Shown: positions 1-12,151 of the stretch, one piece after another
Position numbering within the stretch: the first letter of the stretch is position 1
Layout of the letters: every line of letters begins with the position of its first letter
Assembly (NCBI RefSeq): GCF_018350175.1
Contig: NC_058368.1
Span: forward strand, 139,750,001 to 139,814,000
DNA length: 64,000 nt
From: Felis catus
Taxonomy: Eukaryota
Reading direction: 5' to 3'
Position numbers and translations under genes: made by a program
Notes under the pieces: model-generated
The model's database searches: none
Seen by the model: the letters and a program-made list of their open reading frames with translations, nothing else
Told to the model about the DNA's origin: nothing

Positions 1-12
1 ACAGAAACCATT

Positions 13-230
13 GGGGCACCTGGGTGGATCAGTGTCTGACTCTAGATCTTCCCTCAAGTCAAGATCTCATGGTTCATGAGTTTGAGCCCTACATCGGGCT
101 CTGTACTAACAGTATGGAGCGTGCTTAGGATTCTCTCTCTCTCCCTCTCTCTCTCAGCCCCTCTCACTCTCTCTTGTCTCTTTCAAAATAAATAAACTTA
201 AAAAACATTATAAAGAAATAAATAAAATGA
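13..230 (+). mobile_element. Can-SINE (tRNA-derived)
   Basis: ggggcacctgggtgg head, (CT)n, A-tail; TSD-like aca(g/a)aaaccat. Confidence 0.9.
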
Positions 231-636
231 ACAAAAACCATCATAAAAGGTGAGAGGGAGCAGGGTCCTATTGTTACCACTTCTACTCTTGACCAGTTAT
301 TTAAAATTATGTTACTTAACTGTTCTTTCTGTGCCAGCAGAAGGATGTCTGAGATTTATTTGAGTCACTTATTATATCTAGATAAAGATGGCTGAATAGA
401 GATTATATCAAATGAAGCTGTTTCATGGTCTTCTGCCTTCATGATCTATTTTAATGCAAAAAAGAATTTGAACAAACTTGCCCTAGCAATAAATTATTTA
501 TTCCCTAAATCTATGAGCTATTGATTGTAGGATTTTTGCTATATTTCGAAGTAAGAATATTAATGTTTCTTATCAGCTGTTATATGACAGGTTTTGCTGT
601 GGCAGCAGAATTTAAACCATTTTGTTCCTTTTGAAG

Positions 637-790
637 GTTAAGGAAATACTTGCTGATTATGATCCCAATTTTATGGCCATGAGTCTTGATGAAGCCTACT
701 TGAATATAACAAAGCACTTACAGGAAAGACAAAATTGGCCTGAGGACAAAAGGAAGTATTTCATCAAAACAGGGAACTCTCTAGAAAATG
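637..790 (+). CDS. POLK: DNA polymerase kappa, internal coding exon with catalytic motif (VKEILADYDPNFMAMSLDEAYLNIT...)
   Basis: ttgaag|GTT acceptor, AATG|gtaagc donor, 154 bp; the SLDEAY motif is diagnostic of DinB/Y-family polymerases. Confidence 0.97.
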
Positions 791-1024
791 GTAAGCAATT
801 AATTAGAATGATCAAACTAAAAAACAAACAAAAAGCCCTTTGAATTAACCCAGTTAATGCATTAGCATCCATAGATGGTAGGACTAGTTAAACCTTTATT
901 ATGAAAAAATATTAAAAATGAAAAATCAGAAACTTAAAATGTACTAGTGGAATTTCTAAGTTTAATTTGTAGAATGTCACTTTTAAACCAAATGAGATTG
1001 TTAAATTTCTTGAGTTTAAGAGTG

Positions 1025-1780
1025 TGCACTAGTTTGCATTCCCACCAACAGTACAAGAAGGTTCCTGTTTCTCCACATCCTTGCCACCATCTGTTGTTTC
1101 CTGAGTTGTTTATTTTATCCACTCTGACCTGTGTGAGGTGGTATCTCAGTGTGGTTTTGATTTGTATTTCCCCTATGATGAGTGGATGTTGAGCATCTTT
1201 TCATGTGTCTCTTGGCCATCTGGATGTCTTCTTTGGAAAGTGTCTATTTATGTCTTCTGCTCATTTCTTCACTGGATTATTTGTTTTTTGGATATTGCGT
1301 TTGGTAAGTTCTTTATAGATTTTGGATACTAACCCTTTATTCGATATGTCATTTGCAAATATCTTTTCCCATTCTGTCGGTTGCCTTTTAGTTTTGTTGA
1401 TTGTTTCCTAGGGTATTATGCTAAGTGAAATAAGTCAGAGAAAGACAGATATCATATGTTTTCACTCATATGTGGAACTTGAGAAACTTAACAGAAGACC
1501 ATGGGGGAAGGGAAGGGAAAAAAAGTAGTTACAAACAGAGAGGAAGGGAGGCAAACCATAAGAGAGTCTTAAATACGGAGAACAAACTGAGGGTTGATGG
1601 GGGTTTGGGGGAAAGGGAAAAATGGTGAGGGACATTGAGGAGGGAATTTGTTGGGATGATCACTGTGTGTTGTATGTAAGCAATGAATCATGGGAATCTA
1701 CCCCAAAACCAAGAGCGCATTGTATACACTGTATGTTAGCCAATTTGACAATAAATTATATATATATAAACAAAAAACTG
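1025..1780. mobile_element. 5'-inverted truncated L1 (about 1025-1409 minus strand, 1410-1780 plus-strand 3' end)
   Basis: Left part is the reverse complement of L1 ORF2-end/3'UTR (tttgcattcccaccaacag...); right part is the sense L1 3' end (attatgctaagtgaaataagtcag...) with an A-rich tail. Confidence 0.85.
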
Positions 1781-3184
1781 TGCAGAATCCCTAAACAAAG
1801 TAATTTCATAGCAGTTCTTTTCTTAAGATCTAATTAAGAAAATGTTGGGTTGTATTGAATCTGAGGAGGTTGTCTTTTGTTGTAGTTGTTAACAGATAAT
1901 AGAGTTTTTAAAAATTGACCTGAAACATATGAAAACATTGGGTGAGTTTTTTCCCTCTTGTTTTCCAAATTATCTATAATCTGGTTATACAGTGATTATG
2001 ACTGTTTTCAGCCTTGCCAAAAGTCATGATTCCCAACTCTCTTCTTTGGTTTAGACCTTATTTTGATTCCTTTGTATACAATGAAATAGAAGTTTCATGA
2101 CCCTAAGGGTTTTTTCAAGGTCTCTTTGTTGCCTATCCAGAACCCTGTCAAGGAACATGTAGATATTATGCATACTACTTTCAGCCCTCTGTCAGAGGTA
2201 TGATTACTTCAGATATCTTAGCTGTCCTAGACCCCTGAGCAAAATTGACCTGGATGAAAAGGTAGAAACAGAGAGTTTGTTCACAACCCACAACTGTATT
2301 TCCTGTGCACAACTCATTGACTTCTTCGGGGTTGGGGGGACAGACAGTGGTAGCGAAACCCATTTGTAACTTTCCCTGAGTCAACAATGGTGGATCTTTG
2401 ATGGCATAAAAATGGTGGGTTTTCTTCAGTGACATAAAATTCTCTCATATTGTTTAGAGGTCACATCTTTAGAGCAAGTTTAATGGGGACATCAGATCAC
2501 AACTTCACCATCTTATTTAGAACTCTAAGGAATAGGTCTCTCTCTTTAATACAAACATTAAACGATAAACAAGCATGATTCCTGGACACAGAGGCTTAGA
2601 GCAAAAGATTTTCTGTAGTATAACTTTATTGTTTGGGGGAAGCAGCACAAACCTGGTGTCATGTTTGCTTTATATCTTAATTTATTTCCTTACTTTTCAC
2701 AAGAGAAGGTGGGGGAACCATTCAAAGGTTGTATCAGAGCATCTCCATGAGGGTCTCCTGTAACAATTATTTTCACAATATATTTTAAAAAATTACATTG
2801 AGACTAAGGTAAATGTTTTCATTCTCTACTACCGTTCTTTTCATTTATTATACTACATTCAAACTCACTTTGAGCATGTGAATTTTTAATATAGTTATTT
2901 ATGTACTTTTTTGTATTTCACATTTTTAAGCTATTTAAATAGTTTTAGCTTTTTTCCCTCATATATAAATCCCTGTGGGCTGGACTTTTCAGCATACCTG
3001 ATTTCACATTATGCCATGGGAAGCAGTCAGTAGTAAGTTGGAGCCATGGCAGGTGACTGATACATCTTCCTCTGAAGTCTAAGACATTTTTCTGCTGTTT
3101 GCCTCTTTTCTGAAAGGTGCAGTCTTTGGAAAAGTATTGCTAAGTACTTTGTCTATGTGCAAATAAAATAATTAATATTTAAAA

Positions 3185-4178
3185 AAAATATTTATTTATT
3201 TTGAGAGAGAGACCGCATGCATGGATGTGTGCACAAGTGCAGGGTGGCGGGACAGACAGAGAGGGGGAAACAGAGAATCCCAAGTAGGCTCCATGCTGTC
3301 AGTGCAGAGCTCAACACGGAGCTTGATCTCAAGAACCCTAACATCATGACCTGAGCCGAAATCAAGAGTGGGATGCTTAACCGACTGAGCCACCTAGGTG
3401 CCTCAATAATTATTATTTTATGTTTATTCTGCCATATAAATCTGGATGGTGAGTGTGAGGCAATACAAGAAACTGAAATACCATATACTTTTAGCACTTG
3501 CCATTCAGATGGGATGCTTTCATCCTAGTGTTTCAGATTATAAGAAATCTTAGTTTTGTATTCAGATCACTTCAGTTATGGGATTATAAAGATTTTTTTT
3601 TCAAAAAGCTAGTAAGAAACTACTGTAGCAGTAGTTGTAGAGGCAGGCCTAACAAAGAACTAGACAGATGGAATAATAGGAGACTGCAACATTCAGCAGC
3701 TGTTCTAACAATGAACCTAAAGGCAGTATGCTTTGCTTCCTATTATGGTTTTCTATCAGTGACCCACCTAAGAGTACTGTGATGGACTCATGAGGTACAA
3801 AACATGGCATAAGGAACTCTGTATAAGGGGCTTATGAACTGGTTTGCAGTTTTTCTGCAGCTCTCTTTACCTTGACTTTTACGCATACAGATGGGGAAAA
3901 GGGGACCTTTCAACTTTGCCACAGTCATAATGCCTTATGAAATGTTTAACATTTTATTTATTTATTTATTTACTTATTTATTTTAAAGATTTTTTTTTTA
4001 AGTTAATTTACCCACTTGGAGAGAGAGAGAGAGGAACAGGGAAAGAGAGAGAGAGAGCCCCAAGCAGGGTCTGCGCTGTTAGTTTAGAGCCCAATGTGGG
4101 CCTTGAACTCATGAACTGTGAAATCATGACCTGAGCCAAAGTCAGATGCTTAACTTACTGAGCCATCCAGGTGTGCCT
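3185..4178 (-). mobile_element. Two Can-SINEs (about 3185-3403 and 3950-4178)
   Basis: Reverse-complement SINE bodies with T-tails and (GA)n. Confidence 0.88.
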
Positions 4179-5493
4179 GAAATGTTCATCATTTTAAAAA
4201 TAGAATATGGAAAATGAAAGCAGCTGAGGCACATAAATAACTGCTAATGTTAAGTTTATAAATAAGACTTATTTTGTATATGGCCTAGGAATTCAGATTT
4301 CCTAGGAATTCAGATTTAGAAAACATCTTTCTGTAACTTAATTCAAATTAGATGCTTTAAAATTTGAAACTAATCTGGTGGTTTGTCATACTATATGTAT
4401 TATCTTTAAAAAACCTTCCTTAAAAGTCCTAGTTGTTCGTTTTTTAAGTAATATGCATTTATATGTGTCTTGAAACCAGAAATTTAATTTTTGCTTCTGC
4501 ATTTATCTTAATATAGAAAACATTTATATGTAATAAAATTATGAAGAGATCAGAAATTTCTGTTGTTAATCTTAATTTTTATAAATACATTTAAACTGCA
4601 TTTCTTTTCCATTAAGCCCTGAAAGTAGTCTTTAATGGATTTAATGGATTTAATGAGGACACTTTTGATATTGGCATAAATTTGAGTATATTGTACAGTC
4701 CAATTGTGAAAAATGCAACTAAAATGAGGCAATAACTAGATTACTATTTTTATTTTACTTTCAAGGTTATAGCCTACTGGTAATAATAAAGGCTTCTTTC
4801 CCTTAAACTTGGACCAGAGTTAATCTGATCAGACCTTAAGAATTTGTATATTTAAAGAAGCGTAACTTCCAACAGTAATTACTATTTATTTCAAGTGTGC
4901 CCTTAGTAAAAGTGGTACTTTATAAGTAAGCAAGTCAAAATTAAAATCAGCATTTGAAAGAGGGAAATTGAGAGTATTTTAATGTCTGAAAAGTTTCTTC
5001 CATGAAGAAAATGGAAGGTTTTTTTCTCTCTAAAAAAACTTATTTCTCAGCATAATTATTCTTGATTGCTAATGCATTTTTCCTCAATCCTAAATTCTAA
5101 TTTAATGAGTAAGGAAAAAAAGCTTTTTTTAAAAAAAAAAAGAAGTAATGTGACTAGGCCCATTTCTAGATTTTAGTTAATTTAGGTATCGTACACAAAT
5201 TGGTGAGTTTTACATAGGATGTTTCTTCTTAAAGTGTATACCATGGAAATAGATAATATTCCTTTTAAGAAAAACTTAGAATCAGTATTTTCTTTGTTAA
5301 ACAGTTACAAAATATAAATAACATTTGTCATCTTGGTTCTTAGAAACAAAACTAAAAAAAAAGAAGAGAAACAAAACTAAACTAGATTTGCTTTGTCTTT
5401 AAAAAGAATGTAGGGAAACCTAATTTATGAAGTATGTACTTTTGTATTTATGAAGATTTATGAAGATAATTACTGTTCCTGCTTATAATTTAG

Positions 5494-5733
5494 ATAAACC
5501 TGGAGAAGAAGTGAATAAAGTGAGTGAGCAGGAGCGATCCATCCCTCCACTACTCTTTAATGACATTCCTCCTGATTTGCACCCCCAAGGAAATCCTTTC
5601 CAAGCAAACTCTGAAGAGCAAAATAATCCTCAAATACTCCAAAATGCGATTGTTTTTGGAACATCAGCCGAGGAAGCCGTAAAGGAAATTCGTTTCAGAA
5701 TTGAGCAAAAAACAACATTGACAGCCAGTGCAG
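5494..5733 (+). CDS. POLK: POLK coding exon (DKPGEEV...FGTSAEEAVKEIRFRIEQKTTLTASAG)
   Basis: tttag|AT acceptor, CAG|gtact donor, 240 bp; phase matches neighbouring exons. Confidence 0.96.
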
Positions 5734-6474
5734 GTACTTAAAAGGGATTTGATGGCTACCCCATAGTTAAAAATTTCAGACTGGCTAATATAAGTGTAAT
5801 ATTAGTAGTTTCTGGTTATGAAGTATATAGTGACATTTTACTTACCCTTTATGATTTCAATTTCTAATGACTTTACCTATTCAGAATACTGTGAACCTAC
5901 AGGTAAATTGGAATTCAGCAGAAAGGCCCATGAGCCCAAAGAAAAAACTTTCATAAATCTAATGTAGCTATCCTTTTTTTAAGCATTCAGTATTTTAATT
6001 GGTTTAGCTTTATTGGTTTTCCCTTTGAAGACTTCAGCCCTGTCCAGGATTACAGTTCAGGAAAGACCCCAGCTGACCCACAAAGTAGAAGATAGAAAAA
6101 ACCCCAACTAGCTACATAGCAATCTAGGGCCAGCTAGTGAAGGGAAAAAGAGCTTCACAAATGTCAGTAACCCATGAGGGTATCACTGTGTCTTAACATT
6201 ATCTTATAAAAGCCATATTATGATTACATTAATCTTTCCTTTCTATGCCAAAGTGTGAGAATAAGTAACAAATTTTAGTAGAATGTGTACAAAAATAGAA
6301 ATGAATCACTTAATGACTCTATTTGAGTATTTTAAGTTATCTTACTCATTGAGACTCCTAGAAATTTTAAAATATCTTCCTGAAAAGTATTAATTTGCTT
6401 TGTGTATAACATGAAAAGAATGCATGTATTTTATTATCATTGTTTTAAGTATAATGCAACCTAGAATATTTGAT

Positions 6475-7115
6475 TTTTTAAAATTTATTTTATTTTTTAT
6501 TTTATTTCTTATAGCATTTACTTATTTTTGAGAGACAGAGAGAAACAGAGCATAAGCAGGGGAGGGGCAGAGAGAGACACACACACAGAATCCGAAGCTT
6601 GTTCCAGGCTCTGAATTGTCAACATAAAGCCAAATGTGAGGCTCAAACCCAAAAACTGCAAGATCATGACCTGAGCCAAAGTTGTATGCTTGACTGACTG
6701 AGCCACCCAGGCGCCCTGATTTTTTTTATGTGGATAATCTATACAGAAGAACTTTTCAAAGAGTGAACATCCATCCTAAGTTATATCCTGGATCTTTTCT
6801 ATAAGTCAGCCCTGTATTGCTACTAAAAATGGTACATAAACTAATGATATTACTTAAACTCATAAATTACTCGTAGACTTTAAAATACCATAGAGAGAGA
6901 GGGGTGCCTGGGTGGTTCAGTCAGTTAAGCATCTGACCCCGGCTCAGGTCATGATCTCACAGTTAGTGAGTTTGAACTGTGCTGACAGCTCAGAGTATGG
7001 AGCCTGATTTAGATTCTGTGTGTCCCTCGCTCTCTGCCCCTCCCCCACTCATGCTGTGTCACTCTGTCTCTCCCAAAAGTATAAATAAACATTAAAAATT
7101 TTTAAAAATAAAATA
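6475..7115. mobile_element. Head-to-head Can-SINE pair (about 6475-6717 minus, 6901-7115 plus)
   Basis: SINE head/(CT)n/tail architecture. Confidence 0.9.
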
Positions 7116-7356
7116 AGATACCATGGGGAGATTAAATGTTCCTTATTTTTGCTGTCACAGTAACTACTACATTTCCTTTTCCTAAAATCATATCGAGCCC
7201 TGAGGAGATAGGAAGTTATCAAATGTTATTTTTAAAGTACCATTCCACATCATTTCAGATGTTTTGCACTCACCATTTTTTTTCAGTATTGTCATCATAT
7301 ATTTTAAAATCATATATGTCAACTTCTTTGAGTCATCAGGGTGTTCTTCTTTTAAG

Positions 7357-7481
7357 GCATTGCCCCAAATACAATGTTAGCAAAAGTATGCAGTGATAAG
7401 AATAAACCAAATGGACAATACCAAATTCTCCCCGATAGAGAAGCTGTGATGGATTTCATCAAGGACTTACCCATTAGAAAG
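7357..7481 (+). CDS. POLK: POLK coding exon (GIAPNTMLAKVCSDKNKPNGQYQILPDREAVMDFIKDLPIRK)
   Basis: Translated by hand (not in the ORF-track frame); ttaag|GC and AAG|gtgaga; conserved DinB motif LAKxxSDxNKPNG. Confidence 0.97.
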
Positions 7482-8143
7482 GTGAGATTTTATATAGAAT
7501 TTATATAAATTTTATTTATATAAATAAACATATATGTATTCATATAAATATACTCGGAAGAGACACTATTTAGGATGGTAATAATCATTCTTTGCTGAAA
7601 AGTTCTAGAGGTATAGGTAACAAGCAAGAAGTAAAATGGATGATTGAGTTTGGGCTTGAAGAAATCTTTGTATGAAACCCTAAACTGAGGTTTAAGAAGC
7701 TTGTTTGCTGAAAAATTTTAAGAAAGTAATAGATGAAAGATTTTTAAGTGTACTGCTACTAAGAAGAACAGAAATAAAAAGAATACTTGGAAGAGTCCTT
7801 TCAGCTATCACTTAATATACTATTTTAGTTTTAAAGTCTAGGTGCCACCAGATCAATAGGTATGAGACTTCAGAGATTTAGAAATTTGTTTTGACCAAAA
7901 AAAATATTATTTTTAAAATGGTAAAATGATCCCTCAGGGTAAGAGAAAGGGTGTGTTTTACTATTTTTTACAGCCTGTAGATTTTTCTGCATATATATGC
8001 TTTTTTAAAAAACAATAATTACACTAGACACTATTTGATGTTCTGGGGGCTTAATTTTCTTGCTCAACATAATGTATAGGAGTAGATTTAAATAAAAATC
8101 TCTCAATGCTCAGAACAAAGGCTGTAATCAAAGAATATAATGT

Positions 8144-8180
8144 ACTACACTTGATCTTAGCCAAAAGGCTAAGAAGCAGT
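8144..8180 (-). pseudogene. 3'-truncated U2 snRNA retro-pseudogene (about the first 37 nt of U2)
   Basis: Reverse complement actgcttcttagccttttggctaagatcaagtgtagt matches the U2 5' end ATCGCTTCTCGGCCTTTTGGCTAAGATCAAGTGTAGTA; perfect 16-bp TSD tcaaagaatataatgt (8128-8143, 8181-8196). Confidence 0.93.
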
Positions 8181-8658
8181 TCAAAGAATATAATGTGTGA
8201 TCACTGAATAGTTTAGAATATATAACATGTAACTATAAAGCAGCATTTTCCAGTGTGGTTTTCAAGGTATGAGTAGATGTTCCATTAAAAAAAAAAAGTT
8301 CTGGGGTCAGAGAACTTTGGAACATAACAGCTTTAGTGGGTCACAACAGATAATAGTATACTAAAGATTCATAAGTTTTGCTGTTTATTTTTAATTTGTT
8401 TATTCCATTTTCTAAGTTTCTATAATAGAATTCTTTTTTTAATACTTTTTCAAATTACCTGAAATTTAAAAATTTTAATTCCTTATAGCACTTGTTTAGA
8501 TGTGCCCAAAAATAATTAAAGCAGTTTTCTTGCATGACTTGTGAAGATAGTCACATTATTCGTACCTTTTATTGGTTATAAAAGGTATAATGAGGTTAAA
8601 TATCTGTTCTTGCCTTAATGTAAAACTTTATTAATGATAAATATTGACTCTTTTCTAG

Positions 8659-8825
8659 GTGTCTGGCATAGGAAAAGTTACAGAGAAAATGTTAAAGGCC
8701 CTTGGAGTTATTACTTGTACAGAACTCTACCAACAGAGGGCATTACTTTCTCTTCTTTTCTCTGAAACATCTTGGCATCATTTCCTTCATATTTCCCTGG
8801 GTCTAGGTTCAACACTCCTGGCAAG
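8659..8825 (+). CDS. POLK: POLK coding exon, thumb/HhH region (VSGIGKVTEKMLKALGVITCTEL...LGLGST)
   Basis: ttctag|GTG and AAG|gtatct, 167 bp; GIG HhH motif. Confidence 0.97.
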
Positions 8826-9503
8826 GTATCTATGTGTATAGTCATTTTGTTTTTTCTTTATCATTTGCTGAAATAGCAATATTAACCATTGACATGGAGG
8901 CTCTAAGGATAATATGTTTAAAAATTTTTTTAGGCTAGTTCATTCCAGAATATAATTTTTGAATTAAAGTCAAAAGATTGGAGGTGGGAGGAAAGGAAAA
9001 GAGGAACAAAGAATCACTTTTTGGCTGTTGGCCACAGCAATTGGGTAGATAGACAAGAGGCATGATGAGTTCTTTCTTTTCTGTACCTGTCTTATTTTTC
9101 ATTTAGAACATAACGACAATGGTGTTCTGATTGCTGAGGAAGGAAAGTGGCTCATATTCCAGAATTTACCCCTTAAGCAAAGAGATTTAATCTCTTTGAT
9201 TTAATCTCTTTAATTCTTTGAAAGGCTTTCTGAACTAACAACTATATTTCTTTTCTTTTCCAGATTTGTAAATAATTGACAGATTCATTCAATACTGACT
9301 AATTACGTTGTTAGGTACTGTTCTAGGCACTGGGAAGAATACTAGGAAACAAGACAAACTCCTGCCTTCATGGAGTTTACATAATAGTGTGGGAAACAGG
9401 AAGTAACCAAATAAACAAATGAAGAAAGTAAGGCAGAGTAAGGGACTGGAAAATGACTTGGGCCTTAAGAGTAGGGGGTTGCAGCCATGATCCAGAGGCA
9501 TGA

Positions 9504-10773
9504 TCCATAATCTAATTGAAGTTCTATTGAGTAGTAAAAATGAGTAGTAAGTATAGGAGAGTGAAGTTAATATACATGACCAAAAACTAGGTAATTGATA
9601 TTTAATTACATGTATAACTGCAAACGATTATGTCCCCCCCAGAGGCAGGGACCTGAAGTGGCCAGCCATACAAAGATGTAGGAGAAGAGGAAACAGCTAG
9701 AGGAGAGGCCCTAGGATTTTTCCCTGCCACTCTGATCTCAGTCTTAAAAAGAAGTATCTTAGAGCTAAAGCGTACACGGTTGGGAGTGGGTGAAAAGAAG
9801 GTATTTTAAAAAAGAATGGGAATTAACAATGGGCACTATTTTTATAATTTTGTTATCATCCTGTCAGCCTGCCCTCAAAATAACTCCTTGGTATTCTGAT
9901 TCTTAAACTAAAGAAAAGCAGGAAGATTACTGAGGAGACATATGAAAGAAGTTTGATAAAATAATTAAACCTGCTAAATCTTGTAGACATTGCAGGTTGT
10001 GCAGTATCTCCATGTTCCTCATTCTTAAGCTCATAGTGAGCTGACTTTGATCTTAAGTGGATATAATGAAAGATCAGAGAAGGAAATCACATTACTCTGC
10101 ATAGTCTAATATTTGAAGGTAATGGGAAATAAGACTTTCTTCTTTAATCTAAGAATTATCCTCTTTTTATTTCCATAGTGCTTGAAAATAATATAGTTCT
10201 TGATATAACAGAGCATATATTAAACTGTGGTATTTAAAGATGTAGGTAATGCTCTGAAGTGAAATGCATAGGTAATTTATAATATATCAAACCTCCCTTC
10301 TCTTCTATGTACATTCTCTATTCCCCTATCCTGCTTTATTTTTTAATCTATAGTTATTCTCAACTGCTAACATATTCCATATTTACTTCTGTATTTGTTT
10401 ACTTGTCTCCCTCCACTAAGATATGTTTCTTAAGGATAGGAACTTGCTCTGTTTTGGTCACAACTATATGCCCAATGCCTAGAACAGTGCCTTATTCCTA
10501 ATAGGTTCATTCAGTATGTGAAAAACGAATAATCTACATATCATTTCAGCTTTTTGGTTTCAATTACTCATATCAGGACAGCTAGAATCCAACCAAACTA
10601 GATGGATTAGATTCCCAATCATCCTACTACTGTGTCCAAATTCTAACTGAAGTTTATATAGAGTAGTAAAAATGAGTAATAAGTAACTATAAGAGAGTGA
10701 AGTTAATATACATGGCCAAAAACTAGGTAATTGATATTTAATTACATATATTGTATAACTGCCAATGATTATG
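9504..10773 (+). repeat. Dispersed ~130-bp imperfect direct repeat (9504-9632 / 10635-10773)
   Basis: gagtagtaaaaatgagta..gagagtgaagttaatatacatg.ccaaaaactaggtaattgatattt..aattacat occurs twice. Confidence 0.92.
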
Positions 10774-11116
10774 CTTCTTACTCCTATTGGTTTCTATAAG
10801 TCATGGTTTTGATATTCAGGCTTTTAACAGAAGCAATTTATAATATCAACCTATTTTCATATTTATTCTCTTTGATAGAGATAGACTGGATCCTTTACAC
10901 ACATAATCATATTAGCATCTTATCTGTATTCTTTGTTGATAGTTTTATTTTGAGATTTAAAAAACTCAGTTTCTCACGGTGTATAAATTTTAACAAAAAA
11001 CATTACTGAGATTTTTAAATGGTAATTGATATATTAAATCCTCTTAGTTGACTAAATGGAACTGAGCCTTCTTTGAGAATGCAAAGAAAACTTTTTTTCT
11101 TTTTTTTCATTTCAAG

Positions 11117-11149
11117 GGATGGAGATAGGAAAAGCATGAGCGTTGAGAG
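11117..11149 (+). CDS. POLK: POLK 33-bp micro-exon (RDGDRKSMSVER)
   Basis: Long polypyrimidine tract then ttcaag|G; GAG|gtaatg donor; encodes the RKSMSVERTF linker motif with the next exon. Confidence 0.93.
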
Positions 11150-12151
11150 GTAATGTTTTGTTATTATTAATTGTTCATAATTCATGTTCTTTTTAACTGA
11201 TTTTTAATTTTTAGTAAAATATCACTGAAACAGAAAAATCTGTTTGCAAACCAAATGACATTTTTCAGTAATTGACACTACTAAAGTAAATATCCCAGTA
11301 CAGTGCTTTATTACCTTTGCTTGCCATTCTCTCAGTGGGAAAAAATTTAACTGCAGTTAATTTTTTTAGTGTTAGTTTTGCTTCTCTTCAGTGAAAACCA
11401 AGCATTTTAGGATTCTAAATCTTAATTTTTAGCCTTGCTGATAAGAAAAATTATACTGGGTAGTTATTTGGGAGATTTAAGAAGGCACCATGGAAATTAC
11501 TCCTGAAACTTTCCGAATATTGGTGAATGTACATAAGCATCAAATAGTAAACTTGATGAAAGAGAGCTTAGAGGGGACCTAGTTCAAATGGTTTGTAATC
11601 TTGTCTGGCAGTCAAATGAAATCCTGAGGGGAGTTTATTGTTTTGGGAAATATGTCATTGAAAAGTCCCTCAATTATCTCTCCTCCAAACACCAGAGTTC
11701 ACTGAAATGTTTAAGAACCACTAGTCTAGTACAAGGTTGTGTTCATTTTTCACATATATTATATTTAAGTTTACTTATTTATTTTTAGTAATCTCTGTAC
11801 CCAATGTGGAGCTCAAATTCATGATCCCAACATCAAGAGTCCCACACTCTTCCAACTGAGCCAGCTGGGCACCCCTCACATATACTATTTTTGATCAGAA
11901 AAGCTGAATGACTTTTACAAGACAATATATTCAATAAATGAGTTTGATAAAAATTTCTGATTTAGGCTGTGATTTACATAAAAGCAATCAAAGGAAAAGA
12001 AGTGGTGGGGGGGCGCATCCAAAATTGAGATAGTACTGTCCTATTTAATGAATTTTTTCTTCCATTTTCTCTTTTGTTATTGAGAATATTACTTACTACC
12101 CAAGAATATTAATATTAGTTAATATTAACATTTGTTAGGAAAGGGCCAGCA

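Noticed and set aside
13..110. tRNA-like A/B boxes at SINE heads
   Set aside because: tRNA-derived SINE promoters, not tRNA genes
3192..3497. Recurrent ORFs with SAQVMIS/GSGHDL peptides throughout the window
   Set aside because: Translations of Can-SINE bodies, not a gene family
4283..4320. Small tandem duplications (cctaggaattcagattt x2; similar at about 9183-9215, 33035-33081 and 55518-55554)
   Set aside because: Ordinary slippage duplications with no sign of function
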